Assembly (NCBI RefSeq): GCF_009914755.1
Contig: NC_060947.1
Length of the DNA: 64,000 nt
Direction: 5' to 3' (one strand)
Origin: the human T2T-CHM13v2.0 reference genome, Homo sapiens
Below are positions 45,710 through 59,670 of this stretch, piece by piece. Each line of letters opens with the position of its first letter. Position 1 is the stretch's first letter. The position numbers and the translations under genes are program-made. Under the pieces are notes generated by a model. That model had not been told where the DNA came from. It saw only the letters and a list, made by a program, of their open reading frames with translations, and did no database searches.

Positions 45710-46383
45710 AAGGAAGATGACATAATTTGTGGGGCACAGTGCCAAATGAAAATATGAGCCAAGCCTGGTGGTTTGCACCTATAGTCCTAGCTATTCTGGA
45801 GGCTGAGGTGGGAGGATCACTTGAGCCAGGAGTTTGAGCCTGCAGAGAGTTATGATTGCGCTACTGCACTCCAGTCTGGGTGACAAAGCAAGACCCTGTC
45901 TAAGAGACACAGAGAGAGAAAGGAAAGAAATTTTGGGACACCTTGTTTAAAAAGCAAGACACAAGCTTTTCCCACTCTTCCACCTGTGCACATTCTCTTA
46001 ACCATCCTAGTAATTTTTATTTGCTTCTTAATGCCGAACTCCCTCTGGCAGGAAGTTATTCCCAGGGCAAGTGCAAATCCTCATTAGAGCTATAACCCAC
46101 AACTTGGTGCATGCCCAAGCCCTCTGTGCCTTCCACCAGGATCCTGACAGGGGTGGTGAGCAGGAGCAGCAACAGGGTGGGGGCAGTGGAGCAGGCAACC
46201 GAGAACCCATCCTGGGAAGGCTGAGAGATTCCAGGCTGCCAGAGTATGTTCCATTGTCCATTAGATTTCCCTTATAAAACACAATTTCAAAGATAAAATT
46301 ATTAGGAATTGCAAGATGGTGACTACAGGGCATTAAACCACAAGCACAGGACTCCCTTCTCCACTGATCATAGATAGACCCTG
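45710..46383. mobile_element. MER45-family hAT-Tip100 element
   Basis: cataatttgtggggcacagtgccaaatgaaaat; gcattaaacc..aagcacagg..ccctg. Confidence 0.65.
45757..45925 (+). mobile_element. Alu monomer (FRAM/FAM-like) inside MER45
   Basis: Single right-arm-like Alu monomer. Confidence 0.75.
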
Positions 46384-46729
46384 ACCAGGGAAGCTTGCTC
46401 AGTCACGTGTGGGCTCACCACTAAAGTATGAGGAAGTGGATGGCCCTGGGGGAAACCCGCAATCAATGGGAGCAGGAGTCGGTGGATGAATGCCAACCTG
46501 TTCTCCAGTGGAACAATTCTGAGGCATATTCTCCACCTTCCACTCCAAGGATCCCAGTGGGATTGAGCCCAGCTGCCCACAGCAGCTTTGTTGGCTTTTC
46601 TCTCTCCCTTGTCCCACATGTATCCTCTCTTCTTGGTGCTTCCCACAACGTATACCCATTACCATTATTTCTATGTCTTCTTTAGTTTTGGAGAGAACCA
46701 TAACGGAGCTCCCCAACAGCTCAGGCAGG

Positions 46730-47196
46730 TGTATTGGTTTCCCAGGGCTGCCATAACAAAGTACCACAATCTGAGTGGCTTCAAACAACAGGAATTGATT
46801 TTCTCACAGTTCTGGAGGCTAGACTTTCAAAATTAAGGTGTTGGCAGTGCCATTCTTCCTCCAAAGCCTCTAGGGAAGGATCTGTCCTTGCAGCTTCCAG
46901 CTTCTGGTAGCCCCAGTAGTTTTTTCGCTTCTAGATTTATCACTTCAATCTCTGCCTTTGTCGTCACACAGCTGTCTTCCCTCTGTGTGTGTGTCTGTGT
47001 CTATTCTCTTTTTATAAAGACGCCAGTCATATGAATTAAGGGCCCACCCTACTCCTGAATAACCCTCCTCCAGTATAACCTCACCTTAAGCAATTACATT
47101 GAGAACAACTTTATTTCCAAATAAGGGCACAGTTTTAGGTACTGGGGCTCAGATTTCAATGTATCTTGGGGGGGAAGCACAATTCACCCCATAATA
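46730..47196 (-). mobile_element. MLT1C-like LTR
   Basis: tgtattggtttcccagggctgccataacaaagtaccaca. Confidence 0.85.
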
Positions 47197-47249
47197 GGGA
47201 GTCATTTAAAAAGTCTTCGTGAAAGAGGACAACTTGACCTATATCTCTG

Positions 47250-47390
47250 AGCAATACTTCTCAAAGTATTGTGTCACCCAATCTCCCAGGAATCCTGTTC
47301 AAATGCAAATTCTGATTTGGTGGGTCTGGGTGGGACGTGAGAGTATGCATGTCTACCACGCTCCCTGATGATGCTGTTGCAGCTTTAATA
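47250..47390. mobile_element. MER5A-like hAT-Charlie
   Basis: aaatgcaaattctgatttggtgggtctggg. Confidence 0.7.
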
Positions 47391-48047
47391 CAAGGGTCAG
47401 AGATGAGAAAATGGCTAGATATGCCTGTGTGCATCCTCCAAGATTCGATTTTAATAAACTACAGACTCCAGTGGCAACACTCTTCCCACTATGGAGAGAG
47501 AAAGCTGTCACTTACACTTCTGTTTGGTGGAGCTTTGGAGGCAGGCCATCTCATAGGCCACTGGCTAGTCTGTGACTTGGCTGCCTTTAGGGAAGTGCTC
47601 ATCCACCCTTGGTCCAGCCGACACATGTAAGGGTGGTAGCAGCCTGTGGCACTGACCTGGAGACATTTCAGAAGGAATTTCTCAGAAGAAACCTGTGAGC
47701 ATAGCAAGAATTCTGAGCTTCGGTTTTTCTAGTAGTGTAAACAATTTATATCAAAAGGATTTGAAAACTGAAACATGCTGTTCAAATACTGAGATGCAGA
47801 CATTTTGGTTACTCAGAGGGTACTGGGACATGGGACAGTAAAGCAAACCAACCCAGACCTAACCAAGGCTCAAACCAATCCACCTATTTAAGAAAGAATG
47901 TCTTCCAACTCTCCAGAGTTAACTAGACCTCAGCAGCCTAAGTAAGTCAAAGGACACTAGGGGCCCTAACCCAGCTCTGTTGCAAGGAAATTTCAGATCT
48001 ACCTAGTATATGTGCCAGTTCGGTTTCAATAATTCTACTTTACTAGG

Positions 48048-48440
48048 TGTATTAGTCAGCTATTTCTGTAATAATGCCACATAACAAATCATCCCCAAAC
48101 TCAGTAATTTACCAAACAAGCATTTATTTTTCTTGCTCACAGGACTATAGGGGTGGCTCTGCTTCAGGCTTCTGAGTGAGTTTTAGTGGTTCCACATGCC
48201 TTCTCAGTCTCCATGGACCAGTGGCTACCTGGGACACATAAACAGCAGAAGTGCCAAGGGTCTGAGCAGAAACACAAGGTGTCTCTTAAGGCCTAGGCTC
48301 AGAACTGGCCCCCTGTTACTCCTGCCATGCTCCACTGGACGAAGTAAGTCACCCAGCCAAACCCAAAGTCAACAGGTGGGGAAATACATTCTGCCTAATC
48401 TCATGGGAGTTAGGTACTGAAAGTCACACAACAGCCTGCT
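48048..48440 (-). mobile_element. MLT1 LTR
   Basis: tgtattagtcagctatt..ccccaaaactcag; ggcctaggctcagaactggc. Confidence 0.7.
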
Positions 48441-49339
48441 GGTTTGAGGGATGATCACCTCAAGTCTCCTGACCCCTCTCATGAATGGTAACTTGCTCAG
48501 CAAGTAGCATATCAAGTAAATACTTTCCATTGATGACTTCCATCTTTACAATTTTTGTCACTAAATTTAGAATTACCAAAGCATTGGGTACCTTATGAAT
48601 GCTTTGTTCTTGGAATGCAATGTTAAGTGTACTGTGCATATTACCTATGAAGAAGCTCCAGGAAAGAGCCACTCTGGCGAGTAAGTTACAAAGAGAAAAC
48701 TCCTCACTAGGTTGTTAGAATGACTAATGAGAACTACTGAGATTATTTTTTCCATTTTAATAGGGTTTTGGTATTATTTTAGCCTAAGGTGGTATTCACT
48801 TAGGGACTCAAGAATGCACCCATTTTTTTTTCCTCTGGCAGTTACGACTTTGGCCGATGAGAAGTAACCCTAAGAGAGGTTCTTCAGGAGCAGAATTATT
48901 TCATAAGACAGAGGAACGCACTCTGTCCCAGAGAGTGAGGAGAGAGGAGCAGGTAGATGCTGTGGTTCTGGCCGAGAAAATGGGCAGAACCACAAATATG
49001 CTTATGCCTCTTCACACACAGATGACCCAGTGAGGGCAAGACAAGAGAGAGAGTTCTTACGGGAACATGCATACACCTCCTCTCCGGTCCCACCCCACGA
49101 TTGAGGGAGGGGTCTTGTCTTTCTCTCTCTGGGCTCTGTTAGTTTCTCCCATCCCTCTCTGCACTCTCCTACCTGCCCTGGAGATCATCTACATTAGAAC
49201 TCCCCCTCCTCACCTCAGCAGTGTCTCCCGAGGGCCCGCGAGTGCCAGGGCCTGGGGTGAGCACCAGGAGTTTTGAAGCCTTTAGCTACTGAGATAGTTT
49301 GGACTGACAGCATGTCAGGAGATCACTGAGGGATGCAAT

Positions 49340-49590
49340 AACAAACACAGTGATTAAAAGTTGTTCAAAGTTAAAGTTAAAAGCTTGGGGTCAAATACAG
49401 GTGAGTTCAATTCCTAGCTCCACCATTTACTAGCTGGGGACCTAGGGCAAGTTGTTTAACTCTGGGCCTCAGTTTCTTCATCTGTAAAGTGGGAATAACA
49501 CCACACACAGGGTTGTTGTTATTATATGATGTGATGTGCTTTGGAAAGAGGTCAGTTCTGCCCCTGGCACTTGACATTCACTCAATAGAT
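49340..49590 (+). mobile_element. MIR
   Basis: gcctcagtttcttcatctgtaaagtggg core. Confidence 0.85.
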
Positions 49591-49604
49591 GGAGGCTGGC
49601 GTGG

Positions 49605-49910
49605 GTCCACAAGCCCTTATCCAAACCATAGAGATAGACAGGTTTCAGAATTCTGAATTTTTCAGATTTTAGGAAGGTTATACGGTACATTTACCACATT
49701 TTACATGAAACCCCAGCAGGGTCTCGGGTAGCGCCTCACAATCAAACACTTCAACACTTCTGCAGCAAAAATGCATGAACAGTCACATGAACTGGAGTTA
49801 AATAAGACCCTAAATAATCTCACATCCATTCTGGCCAGGTTGTGCCATCAAGAGAGTTTTTTGCCAAACCATTGTTTTTGAGGCTTTGGGGACTTTTATA
49901 CTGCAGGGAA
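49605..49910. mobile_element. MER46C-like Tigger relic
   Basis: ttcagaattctgaatttttcagattttagg; aatcaaacac..ttctgcagcaaaa. Confidence 0.6.
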
Positions 49911-50532
49911 GTGGCTCTATTAGTAGATTGCAGGTATTCTGACTCTAAGTGTGGGGAAGGAAGCCTCTGGGGCAGGAGGAGGAGTGGAAGGGGCAGGCAG
50001 TGTTGAGCAAAAGGCCTCAGAATGGAGGCAAATGGGAAACTGGCCACCAGGCAGAGAGTGGTGGGAAAGGAAGACAGACTGTTCCTGCATTTCTAGTAGC
50101 ATCATTTTGCTCCCTAGAGGCCTTGAAAATATTCATTCCCAGACCCCCTCTATCATTCACTGAATAGCTGAATAAATGGATGCAAGGCAATGAATAAATA
50201 AACAAACAGAGAAGAGAGGAGATCAGCTGGCTCCTGCACCCTAAGAGAGACAGACAAGCCAGTCGCCCCTTTACACAGGGCATTCCAGAAGGTGTGCTGG
50301 AGGACCCCGGAGGATGGGAGGTGCCGGTCAAGGTGAGCATTCACCTGGCCACCAGCCACGGGGCAGAATCGGGCAGAGCAAGGCTGACCACTCACCAGAG
50401 GAAACTGGCCTGGGCAACAGATTTGGCTCTTTAGCCCAGGAGTTTTATAAGCCCCAGGAACCAGATAATTCTATTGTCCTGGTTTTGTTCCCAGGTTCCT
50501 GATAGCAGCCTCTGGTTGATTAGTAGTGACAC

Positions 50533-50603
50533 TGTGTGTGTGTGTGTGTGTGTGTGCACGTGTGGGTGTTTATGAGTATGTGTGTGTGTGTGTGTGTGTG
50601 TGT
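50533..50603. repeat. Interrupted (TG)n microsatellite
   Basis: Directly visible. Confidence 0.95.
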
Positions 50604-51188
50604 TGCACCCATGTAACAACAGAGACACACAGAGAAAAGAAAGCAATTGTTTTTTCTGAGCCCAAAGGGAGCTGAGCTGGGGGAGAGAGAGGAGCATGTC
50701 CTCCTCCCTGTGTCTTTTCTTATTTTGCATTTCTCATTACATCCTCATGTCACGGGGCTGCTGGCTGATTTATAATTTATTGGTTTAGTGTCTCGTGGCA
50801 GGGAAAGGATGCTACGCTATATTTTTCAGGGACACTCAATTCAACTTTGGTGAAGCAGCCAGGGCCACAGCTGTGAGGGGCACAGAAGAAAGATGTGTGT
50901 GAGGATATGTGTGGCCACAGAGCCCAAGGTTGCCATGTCTGTCCCAGCTGAATGTCGTGCACTATTAGATACCAGCGTGGGCTTTTTGTTTAAGTGGAGG
51001 TTCTCTAATCAGATTTTGGAAATCCAATCTCAATCGGGCATGTGCATAACACAGCGACAATTTGGGGCACTGAGCTCCGAGGACTTGGTGTAGTCCTGCT
51101 TTGGACGAGTTCCCATGGCAGACCCTGAGACTGGGTTCATGTGGAAGTGATTTTATCAAGAAGTTCTGCCAGGAAAAAGGTAGGAGAG

Positions 51189-51630
51189 CATATTCGTTCA
51201 TTAGGGCTGCTATAACAAAGAACCACACACTGGCTGGCTTCAACATCAGCGATGTATTGTCTCAGTTCTGGAGGCTGGAAGTCTGAGATCGAGGTGTTGG
51301 CAGGGTTGGTTCCTTCTGAGGGCTGTGAGGGGAATCTGTTCCATGCCTGTTTCTTAGCTTCTGATGGTTTGCTGGCAATTTTGGGGGTGCCTTGGCATCA
51401 ACCCCATCTCCACCTTCATCTTTTCATGGCATTCTCCTGAGTGTGTGTCTGTGTCCAAATTTCCTCTTCTTATAAGGACACCAGTCGTATTGGATTAGAG
51501 GCAACCCAAATGATTTAAACTTGATTACCTCTTTAAGAGACCCTACTTCCAAATAAGGTCACAGCCTGAGGTACTAGGATTTAGGACTTCATCACATGAA
51601 TTCAGAAAGGACAAAATTCAGCCCCTAACA
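51189..51630 (-). mobile_element. MLT1C-like LTR
   Basis: agggctgctataacaaagaaccac; cagttctggaggctggaagtctgagatc. Confidence 0.85.
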
Positions 51631-51865
51631 GGAAGTGAGGAGGTGATACAAGGACCCGGAAGAGGCCAAGCAAGGGTGCAATGTCAAATAAAGTCCCACA
51701 AAAGAGAACCAGGGCCCAATCCCACAAGGGATTCCTAGAGACAGGGGAGGCTGGTCACCTTCAGAGGTGTCCCAGTGGGGGAGCAAGGGAGCTGGAATAT
51801 TATTTAAAGAAGGCCCTCAGAAGGACTTCAACTCCCAGACACTCCCAGCCTTCCTGGAATACAGG

Positions 51866-52275
51866 TTATATGGTTTGGATCTGTGTTCCCACCCACAAAT
51901 CTCATGTTGCATTGTAATCCCTAGTGTTGGAGGTGGGGCCTGGTGGGAGGTGGTTGGATTATGGGGGTGGTTTCTCGTGGTTTAAAACCATCCCCCCTTG
52001 GTGCTGTCATTGTGATACTGAATTATCATGGGATCTGGTCATTTAAAAGTGTGTGGCACCTCCCCATTCTCTCTCTTCCTCCTGCTCTGGCCATATGAAG
52101 TGCCAGATCTCCCTTTGCCTTCCACCATGACTGTAAGTTTCCTGAGGCCTTCCCAGAAGCAGAAGCCACTATGCTTCCTGTACAGCCTGCGGAACCGTGA
52201 GAAAATTACACCTCTTTTCTTTATAAATTACCCAGTCTCAGGTATTTCTTTATAGCAATAGAACAGACTAATACA
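51866..52275 (+). mobile_element. MSTA-like solo LTR
   Basis: Typical MST sequence; perfect TSD ACAGG. Confidence 0.92.
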
Positions 52276-53414
52276 ACAGGTAACAAGGGTGCTGGCTGTG
52301 GGGAATTAAAACAACTGGAAAGCATCATGCATGAACATGGGAGAAGGCTCTCAAGGAGATGTGGGGAGCACTGACAGCATTTGCTGCGAGCCCCCAAGTT
52401 CCATGTCTACCTAGCCATGACATGGTGACTAACTGCCTCTGATAAGTAACCTAGTGTAGGTGGCAGACACATGCCTGTATCACGGCCTGGAGAAAAGACA
52501 AAGACAGGGAAACAAGAGCATAAATTCCCAGAAAAACCTAGATTGCTATTGATATTGAAAAGCCGTTGTTATTTTGGCTAGGTTTTTGTCACTGGTAGAT
52601 TTTAACTGCAGCTTGAGGAGGGCTGGATGATGTACAGACAGATAAAAGACCTGGCCATTCCTGTGTGAAACAAGGAAAAGGAAATACACTTTGGGAAAAG
52701 TGGTTAGAATCTCTCTTGGGGTTAGAATCATGGTCTTTGATTGAATAACGTGGCAGAGTTTTGATTCAATAGTAATCCGATTTGGGTGGCACACCAATAA
52801 TAAATTCTCCAGCAAACTGAAAAATTCTGTAGGGTAATAGAAAGCATTCGAACCCCATGGTTTTCATTGAATTAAATATGAAAATGTATCATACAATCGA
52901 TATTGCAATATTTGATTCAATCAGCATTTCGGGATGGGAACCGTTTTCTTCCATTTGTTTTTATGCTGTCACAAAATATTTCAATTTGCTTCAGAATTTA
53001 TTATTGACAAATCACCCTAACAGCCCTTGGGGGTTGGAGTGGGGAGCTTGTCACAGAGGATTGGCAGCTGAGAGATGTCGGGCCCAGAAAAATAGCCAGG
53101 GACTAGGGAATGCTCATGTGAAATTTCAGAAAGGGGCTGATTATACACAGCAAGGAGGGAGGTGAGGACATTTGTCACTGGGAGAGAGATGAGACAGGTG
53201 TCTTTCCTCTGGATGGGGCTACTCTTAAAGGGGTGTCTCAGCAGTAAGTGCGTGCCCTGGGTATAATTATGAGGCAGGCATAGGGAGTACCTCTGTCTCC
53301 TCTGCTCCCTGTGACCCAGGCCCCCAGAAGGAAAGAGCTTTCATCTGGACTCTAGGCATGCTATCTCTGTAATCCTGCAGTAGGTGGCCTGGTGCCATCT
53401 TATAAACACCAGTA

Positions 53415-53650
53415 TGGAGTCTTGGAAACTTGGAACTGAGTCCAGGTTCTTCCACTAACTAGCTGTGTGGCCTTGGGTGAGAGGTTGAACTGCTCTGTGT
53501 CTCTCTTTCCTTAGTGTGGAATAGTGGTAAATTCTTACCTTCCTTGTAGAGCTGTTGCAATTATTAAGTGAATGCATATTAAATTAATGTGTGTACCATG
53601 CTCAGTACATCATAAGCAACCAGTAAATGGAAGCTATCATTATTACTATT
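53415..53650 (+). mobile_element. MIR
   Basis: ccactaactagctgtgtggccttggg. Confidence 0.75.
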
Positions 53651-53654
53651 ATTA

Positions 53655-54160
53655 CTATCATCAGTTATCTATTGCTAATAGTTAATTCATACTCTAAAAC
53701 TTAGTGGTTTGAAAGAATAATGATTATACTGATCAGTTCTTCTGATCAATTCTGGGCTCTGTGGACTTTGGCTAGGCTCACATAGGCATTCGTGGTCAGT
53801 TAGAGGCTCAGCTGCGGACTGGCTAGTCCTGAGTGGCCTTGCTCACATGTCCAGACGTTGGCTGGCTGTTGGCAATGGTGGTGACAGGGTCATGGGTCTC
53901 TCAGCCCCCAGCAGACTAGTCCAAGCTATGACATGGCAGCTGGAGTCCAAGAGTAGCAAAAGGGCAAGCCCTGAAGTGCAGGCATCATTCAACTCTCAAC
54001 TTATGTCCCATTTGCTAATGTCTCCCATTGGCCACATCATGAGAACAGCTCAGACTCAAGGGGTATAGAAAAGCTTCACCTCGAGATACAAAAATCCACA
54101 TTATGAGAACATAGATTCAAGGAGGAGAAGAATCTGTGACCACTTTTGCAAATGGCTATA
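53655..54160 (-). mobile_element. MLT1 (K/J-like) LTR
   Basis: aaaacttagtggtttgaaa; tttgctaatgtctcccattggcca. Confidence 0.65.
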
Positions 54161-55222
54161 ATCATTATCATCATAATTTCTCTGAAGGTGCTGATCATAT
54201 CCCACCTTATGGAAAGCTATAGACATGAAAAACTTCCCATCAGCCTAACACTCCTTGAGGGCACAATATCTTTGCATCTTTTGTACCCGGCAAGGTAGCA
54301 ATTCTGGAAAAATGCTTTCTGAATGAATTATCTAAGTAGAATTATATATGTTTATAAAAAGGAATATTTCTAGAAATGCATTCACACTAAAGAGTTAAGT
54401 CATCAAAGTGGCATGCCTCACGAGAATACTTGCATTTTTAAGCCAGTAGTAAGAAAGGAGTATAGTATAACACAAATAGAAACTCTGGGTAGAATTTTAG
54501 GAACCATGGATGGGTGGCTATTTTAAAAAATAACTCTTTCATATCCCTCAAACTGCACCATTTGACAACTTTCAACCCCACTTACAAGTAGGGCTGCCCT
54601 GCCTGTGGCTCCTGGGGAAAGTAGTAGCTGACAGGCCTTGCTCCATTTCCCAGATCTTAATTGTCTCCCATGGGGTCTAGACTTTACCACCCCACTGGCT
54701 TCAAGCATGCTTGGGAAGAGGGACAAAGAGCTAGCAGGAGTTCATTGGAATTGAGAAGTGATGGGACTAAGGTTAAGCTGGAATTGAAAGTCTGTAATCA
54801 GCCAGCTGATGTTTATCAAAAACCTACTGTGTGTCAGTAACTATTTTGGACACCACGGATACAGCAGTGAGCAAGACAAAGTCTCCACTCTCATCCTAAC
54901 TCTCATCCTAATGTCTGATTCAAAGAGATCAAAGCCAGAGCAAGCAGGAGACAGGGGCTGTCTCAGAGGAGTGGTTACCACATGTTCCAAGTCCTGAGCA
55001 CTAGTTTAGGTGGTTAGAAGTCTATTCCATCTCAGCTACTCACAACCCCAAGCTCTTCTTCCAGGCACTGGGGACAGCTGCAACATGGCAGGCAGAACAA
55101 AACCCTGCATATTCAAAGCAGATGTGTGTAGCATGCCCAGTACATTCTAAGCATAGGCAGTAGTCACTATCTTGAGCATTTACATGTATGAACTCATTTA
55201 GTCTTCACAATAACACTATAAC

Positions 55223-56030
55223 TGTATTAGTGGGCATTTGCTACATAACAGATAATCACAAAACCTTAGTGGCATATAGCACTTGACATTTACTTCTCAA
55301 TATCTGCAGGTACAGCTGATCTGGGCTGTGCTGGGCTGGGCAGCTCTGCTGATCTTGCCTGGACTTGCTTGTGCACCTGGGGGTCTGCAGGAGCGAGCTG
55401 ATCTAGACTGGTGGCAGCTGAGGTGACTCAGCTCTTTCCACATGTCTCACAGTTCAGCAGGTATGTCTTTATGGTAATGGTAGAGGCATAAGAGATTAAG
55501 CCCCATTGCACAAGCCCGCTTCAAGCATTCTGCTTGTATCACATCTGCTCACATCCCATTGGCCAAGGCAAGTCACATGGCTAAACCCTGAATCGAGTGA
55601 GGCAGACCACTCTGTCCACTATAGGAGTGTAACTTTTTTCTTTTTTTTTTTTTTTTTTTTAAACAGAGTCTCACTCTGTCACCGAGGCTGGAGTGCAGTG
55701 GCATGATCTTGGCTCACTACAAGCTCTGCCTCCTGGGGCTTAAGCAATCCTCCCACCTCAGCCTCCCAAGTAGCTGGGACTACAGTCGTGAGCAACCATG
55801 CCCAGCTAATTTTTGTATTTTTTGTAGAGACGGCGTTTCACTATGTTGCCCAGGCTGGTCTTGAACTCCCGAGCTCAAGTGATCCACCCACTGCAGCCTC
55901 CCAAAGTGCTGGGATTACAGGTGTGAGCCACTGCACCCAGCCACTTGAGGGTAACTTTTCAAAGTTACAAGGCAAAGGGCATACATTTAGGGAGGGCTGA
56001 AGGATTGGGACCAATAGTGTGATCTACCAC
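55223..56030 (-). mobile_element. MLT1 LTR (split by Alu) inside a MIR
   Basis: cacatcccattggccaaggcaagtcacatggc; tgatctaccaca end. Confidence 0.7.
55634..55942 (-). mobile_element. AluJ
   Basis: caatcctcccacctcagc, actatgttgcccaggctgg; poly-T tail. Confidence 0.9.
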
Positions 56031-57759
56031 AAAGAAGCTGGTACTATCATTAAGCCCATTTTACACATCAGAAAACTGAGCACAGAAAGTTGAAGGTACT
56101 TGCCCAGGGTAGCACAGCTAGTAACTAGTGTATCCAGAACTTGACTCAGGCCATCTGCTCTTACTCACCCCCTCTTTACCATTTCACTTCTTAGCTCTGA
56201 CTTAATCCATAGATAAATCTAAGAGTATGGGATATATGGACTGTGTCTCTTTCAGGAAATCCTCCATAATTTTTTTTCCTCCCGCCTTTGGTAGGCATTA
56301 AGCCACAGTACATTCAAGGATAGACTCCGAATCAAATATCCAGAGTTTGTAAATTGAGTGTTACCATTTGGATGTGGAGCCACATGCTTTAACAATTAGC
56401 CGTGCTGGATTTTGACATGTGGGGAAGCTGAAGAGCCTGATGAGGACACAGCCTGAGAAGAAGGCCTCTCTCCCTGACACTGGGGGTGAGGAGAGAGGGA
56501 TGCTGGAGAGGGGTTCTAAGGCAGCACCATCAGCCAAACCAACGTTTTACTCAGAAAATTGTCTTGGTCCTTTTTAGTACAGAAGAGCAAAGACATCCCA
56601 GTGTTTCCTACCATGGAGTAATATACCTTAGAACATTTTTTAGAGTCACAATCCTTTGAAAATTTATGAAAGTTAAGAACCCTTCATTCAGAAAAAATGT
56701 GCACACCCCACAATTCTCCATATAATAATAGGGGTATTGAGAAACCCATGTGTGTCCAGCATCTGTGATAGGGTTGTGCCATAATAATTTTAGGCTAGAC
56801 CATTTGTAAAGCAGATGGCCATTTCAGCCCTGCAAATTTCAGTGAAGAGCACACAGGCTGTTTAACTTTGAACCACAGAACTTTCTGGCATACCTTTCAA
56901 GAGCAACTTGTAGCAAAATATACCCCTGGCTAGATTCCAAATCAAGAGGGGGTACTCCTTGAGGAAGAAGCTTCTGTCCTTCCATTCAGGCCTCATCCCA
57001 GCTACTCCAAAGATGTAACTGAAGGCCTACAACTCATATCCCTTCCTTCCCACAAGCCAGAAACAGAGTATCAGCCATGGTATTGTCAGTTTTCCCAGGG
57101 AGCCACAGATTTAGAATGATTCATTTCTGGCCTCAGTCCAGTTGGGAAAGTCTTTAGGGCTTTTCTGCTGTGAGAGGCAGTAGAGCACAGTAGTTAAGGC
57201 ATGGATTCTTGGACCAGGAGCATGAAGAATATCAAATCAATCTCTTTCTCTCTCTCCCCCAACCTCCCTTCAGTCTTTCTCTCTCAGCTCTGCTGGTCCC
57301 TACTTCTGTTCCCATGTTGGCCCCATTCTCCCCTGCCACAGATAGGTTCTTTCCACAGAGGGGATGATGGCAGCTAGCAGCCTGAGCCCCCATCTTTCAA
57401 CTTGCTATCAGAAAAGAAGAAGAACCCTTTCTCACTCTCCACCAGCATTCATCTTTCAGATCTCATGAAGAGCTCCTGATTGACCCTGCTTGGGTCATGT
57501 GATGCCCTTGAAGCAATCATGTTGGATCAGAGGATAATATCTTATGACTGGTCGGGCCTGGGTCACATGACCATCTCCCCCAGACCACAGAGGATGGTGG
57601 AGGAGGAATTCTGCAATTGGAAGACTGGTGCAGGGCAGACAAAACAACAGACAGCCACTGTAATTATTGAGCACCATCATGAGAAACAGCCCTATAAAGC
57701 TCATTGCTGGGCTGATCCTCGGGATGGGATGTTGTGGGGACATAGCTTATCATATCGTA

Positions 57760-57925
57760 AGTGTCCCTCAAACATTAGCATGCTTCAGAATGAGGAGGGG
57801 GCCTTGTTTAAACACAGATTGCCAGGCCCCAACACTCAGAGTACAAATATAAGACTGTGTATTTCTACCAAGTTCCCAGGTGATGATGATGATGCTGATG
57901 CAGAAGACACTTTAAGAACCACTGG
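57760..57925. mobile_element. MER5A-like
   Basis: cttgtttaaacacagattgcc..caagttcccaggtgatg..ctttaagaaccactg. Confidence 0.7.
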
Positions 57926-58224
57926 CATAGTGCACATTGCCCTCTGTAAAAAGACCCACATAGAAGGTTCCCATCTTGTCTCAGTATTATACCACAATGA
58001 GTGTTGCTTCTGACCAACTGGTTTATTTTGATTTGTGTAGACACTGTGAATCTTATAAATCATGTCTCCCTCTTGGGGCTGGCTGCTAGAAAGTTCAGAA
58101 CTAACTGTGTGACCCACTTCTATCATGCGTAAGGGGCCACTGAGCCCCAAGTTCATCCACTAACCTTAACCCAACCTTCATTTTTTACTTTCCTGCTTGT
58201 TTTCCCTTTGGTCTAAAAAACGAT

Positions 58225-59067
<843 letters not shown>

Positions 59068-59199
59068 ACTCTTTTTCCTAATCTATTTTATTTTGTCTTC
59101 GTGTATCATATATCTTAATGTTAGCCACATGAAGTCATTTCCAGAGCAACACAGCTTAAGGGATAGACAGAAAGACAAGCAGGAACATATTAGTTGAAT

Positions 59200-59670
59200 A
59201 TTGTATAAGAGTTCTCTGGAGAAACAGACCAATAGAAGATAGATTCAATGTATATAGATACAGATACAGATATAGAGAGATTTATCGGTAGAGAGATTTT
59301 ATTGTAGGGCATTGATTCCCCAATTATGGAGGATGGCAGGGTAAGGTAGCAAGCTGGAGACCCAGAGAGAGCCAGTGTTCCACTTTGAAGGCTGTCAAGC
59401 AGGAAGACACGACACAGCAGATGAAGTCCAAAGACAGTCTGCTATAGAATTTTTTCTTGCTCATGGAGGCCAGTCTTTTTGTTCTATTCAGACCTTCAAC
59501 TATTTGGATGAGGTCCACCCACATTAGGAAAGACAATCTGCTTTACTCACTCTACAGATTCATATGTTAATCTCATCCAAAAACATCCTCAACAGAAACA
59601 CCTAGAATAATATTTGATCAAGTATGTAGGCACCCCATGACCTAGTCAACAAATAAAATTAACCATCACA
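59200..59670 (-). mobile_element. MLT2 (ERVL) LTR
   Basis: gttctctggagaaacagacc; ataaaattaaccatcaca terminus. Confidence 0.85.

Larger units (their letters stand above)
51085..52390 (-). mobile_element. Old ERVL-type LTR split by MLT1C and MSTA
   Basis: gcagaccctgagac; pieces at 51631-51865 and 52276-52390 (gcactgacagcat). Confidence 0.6.
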
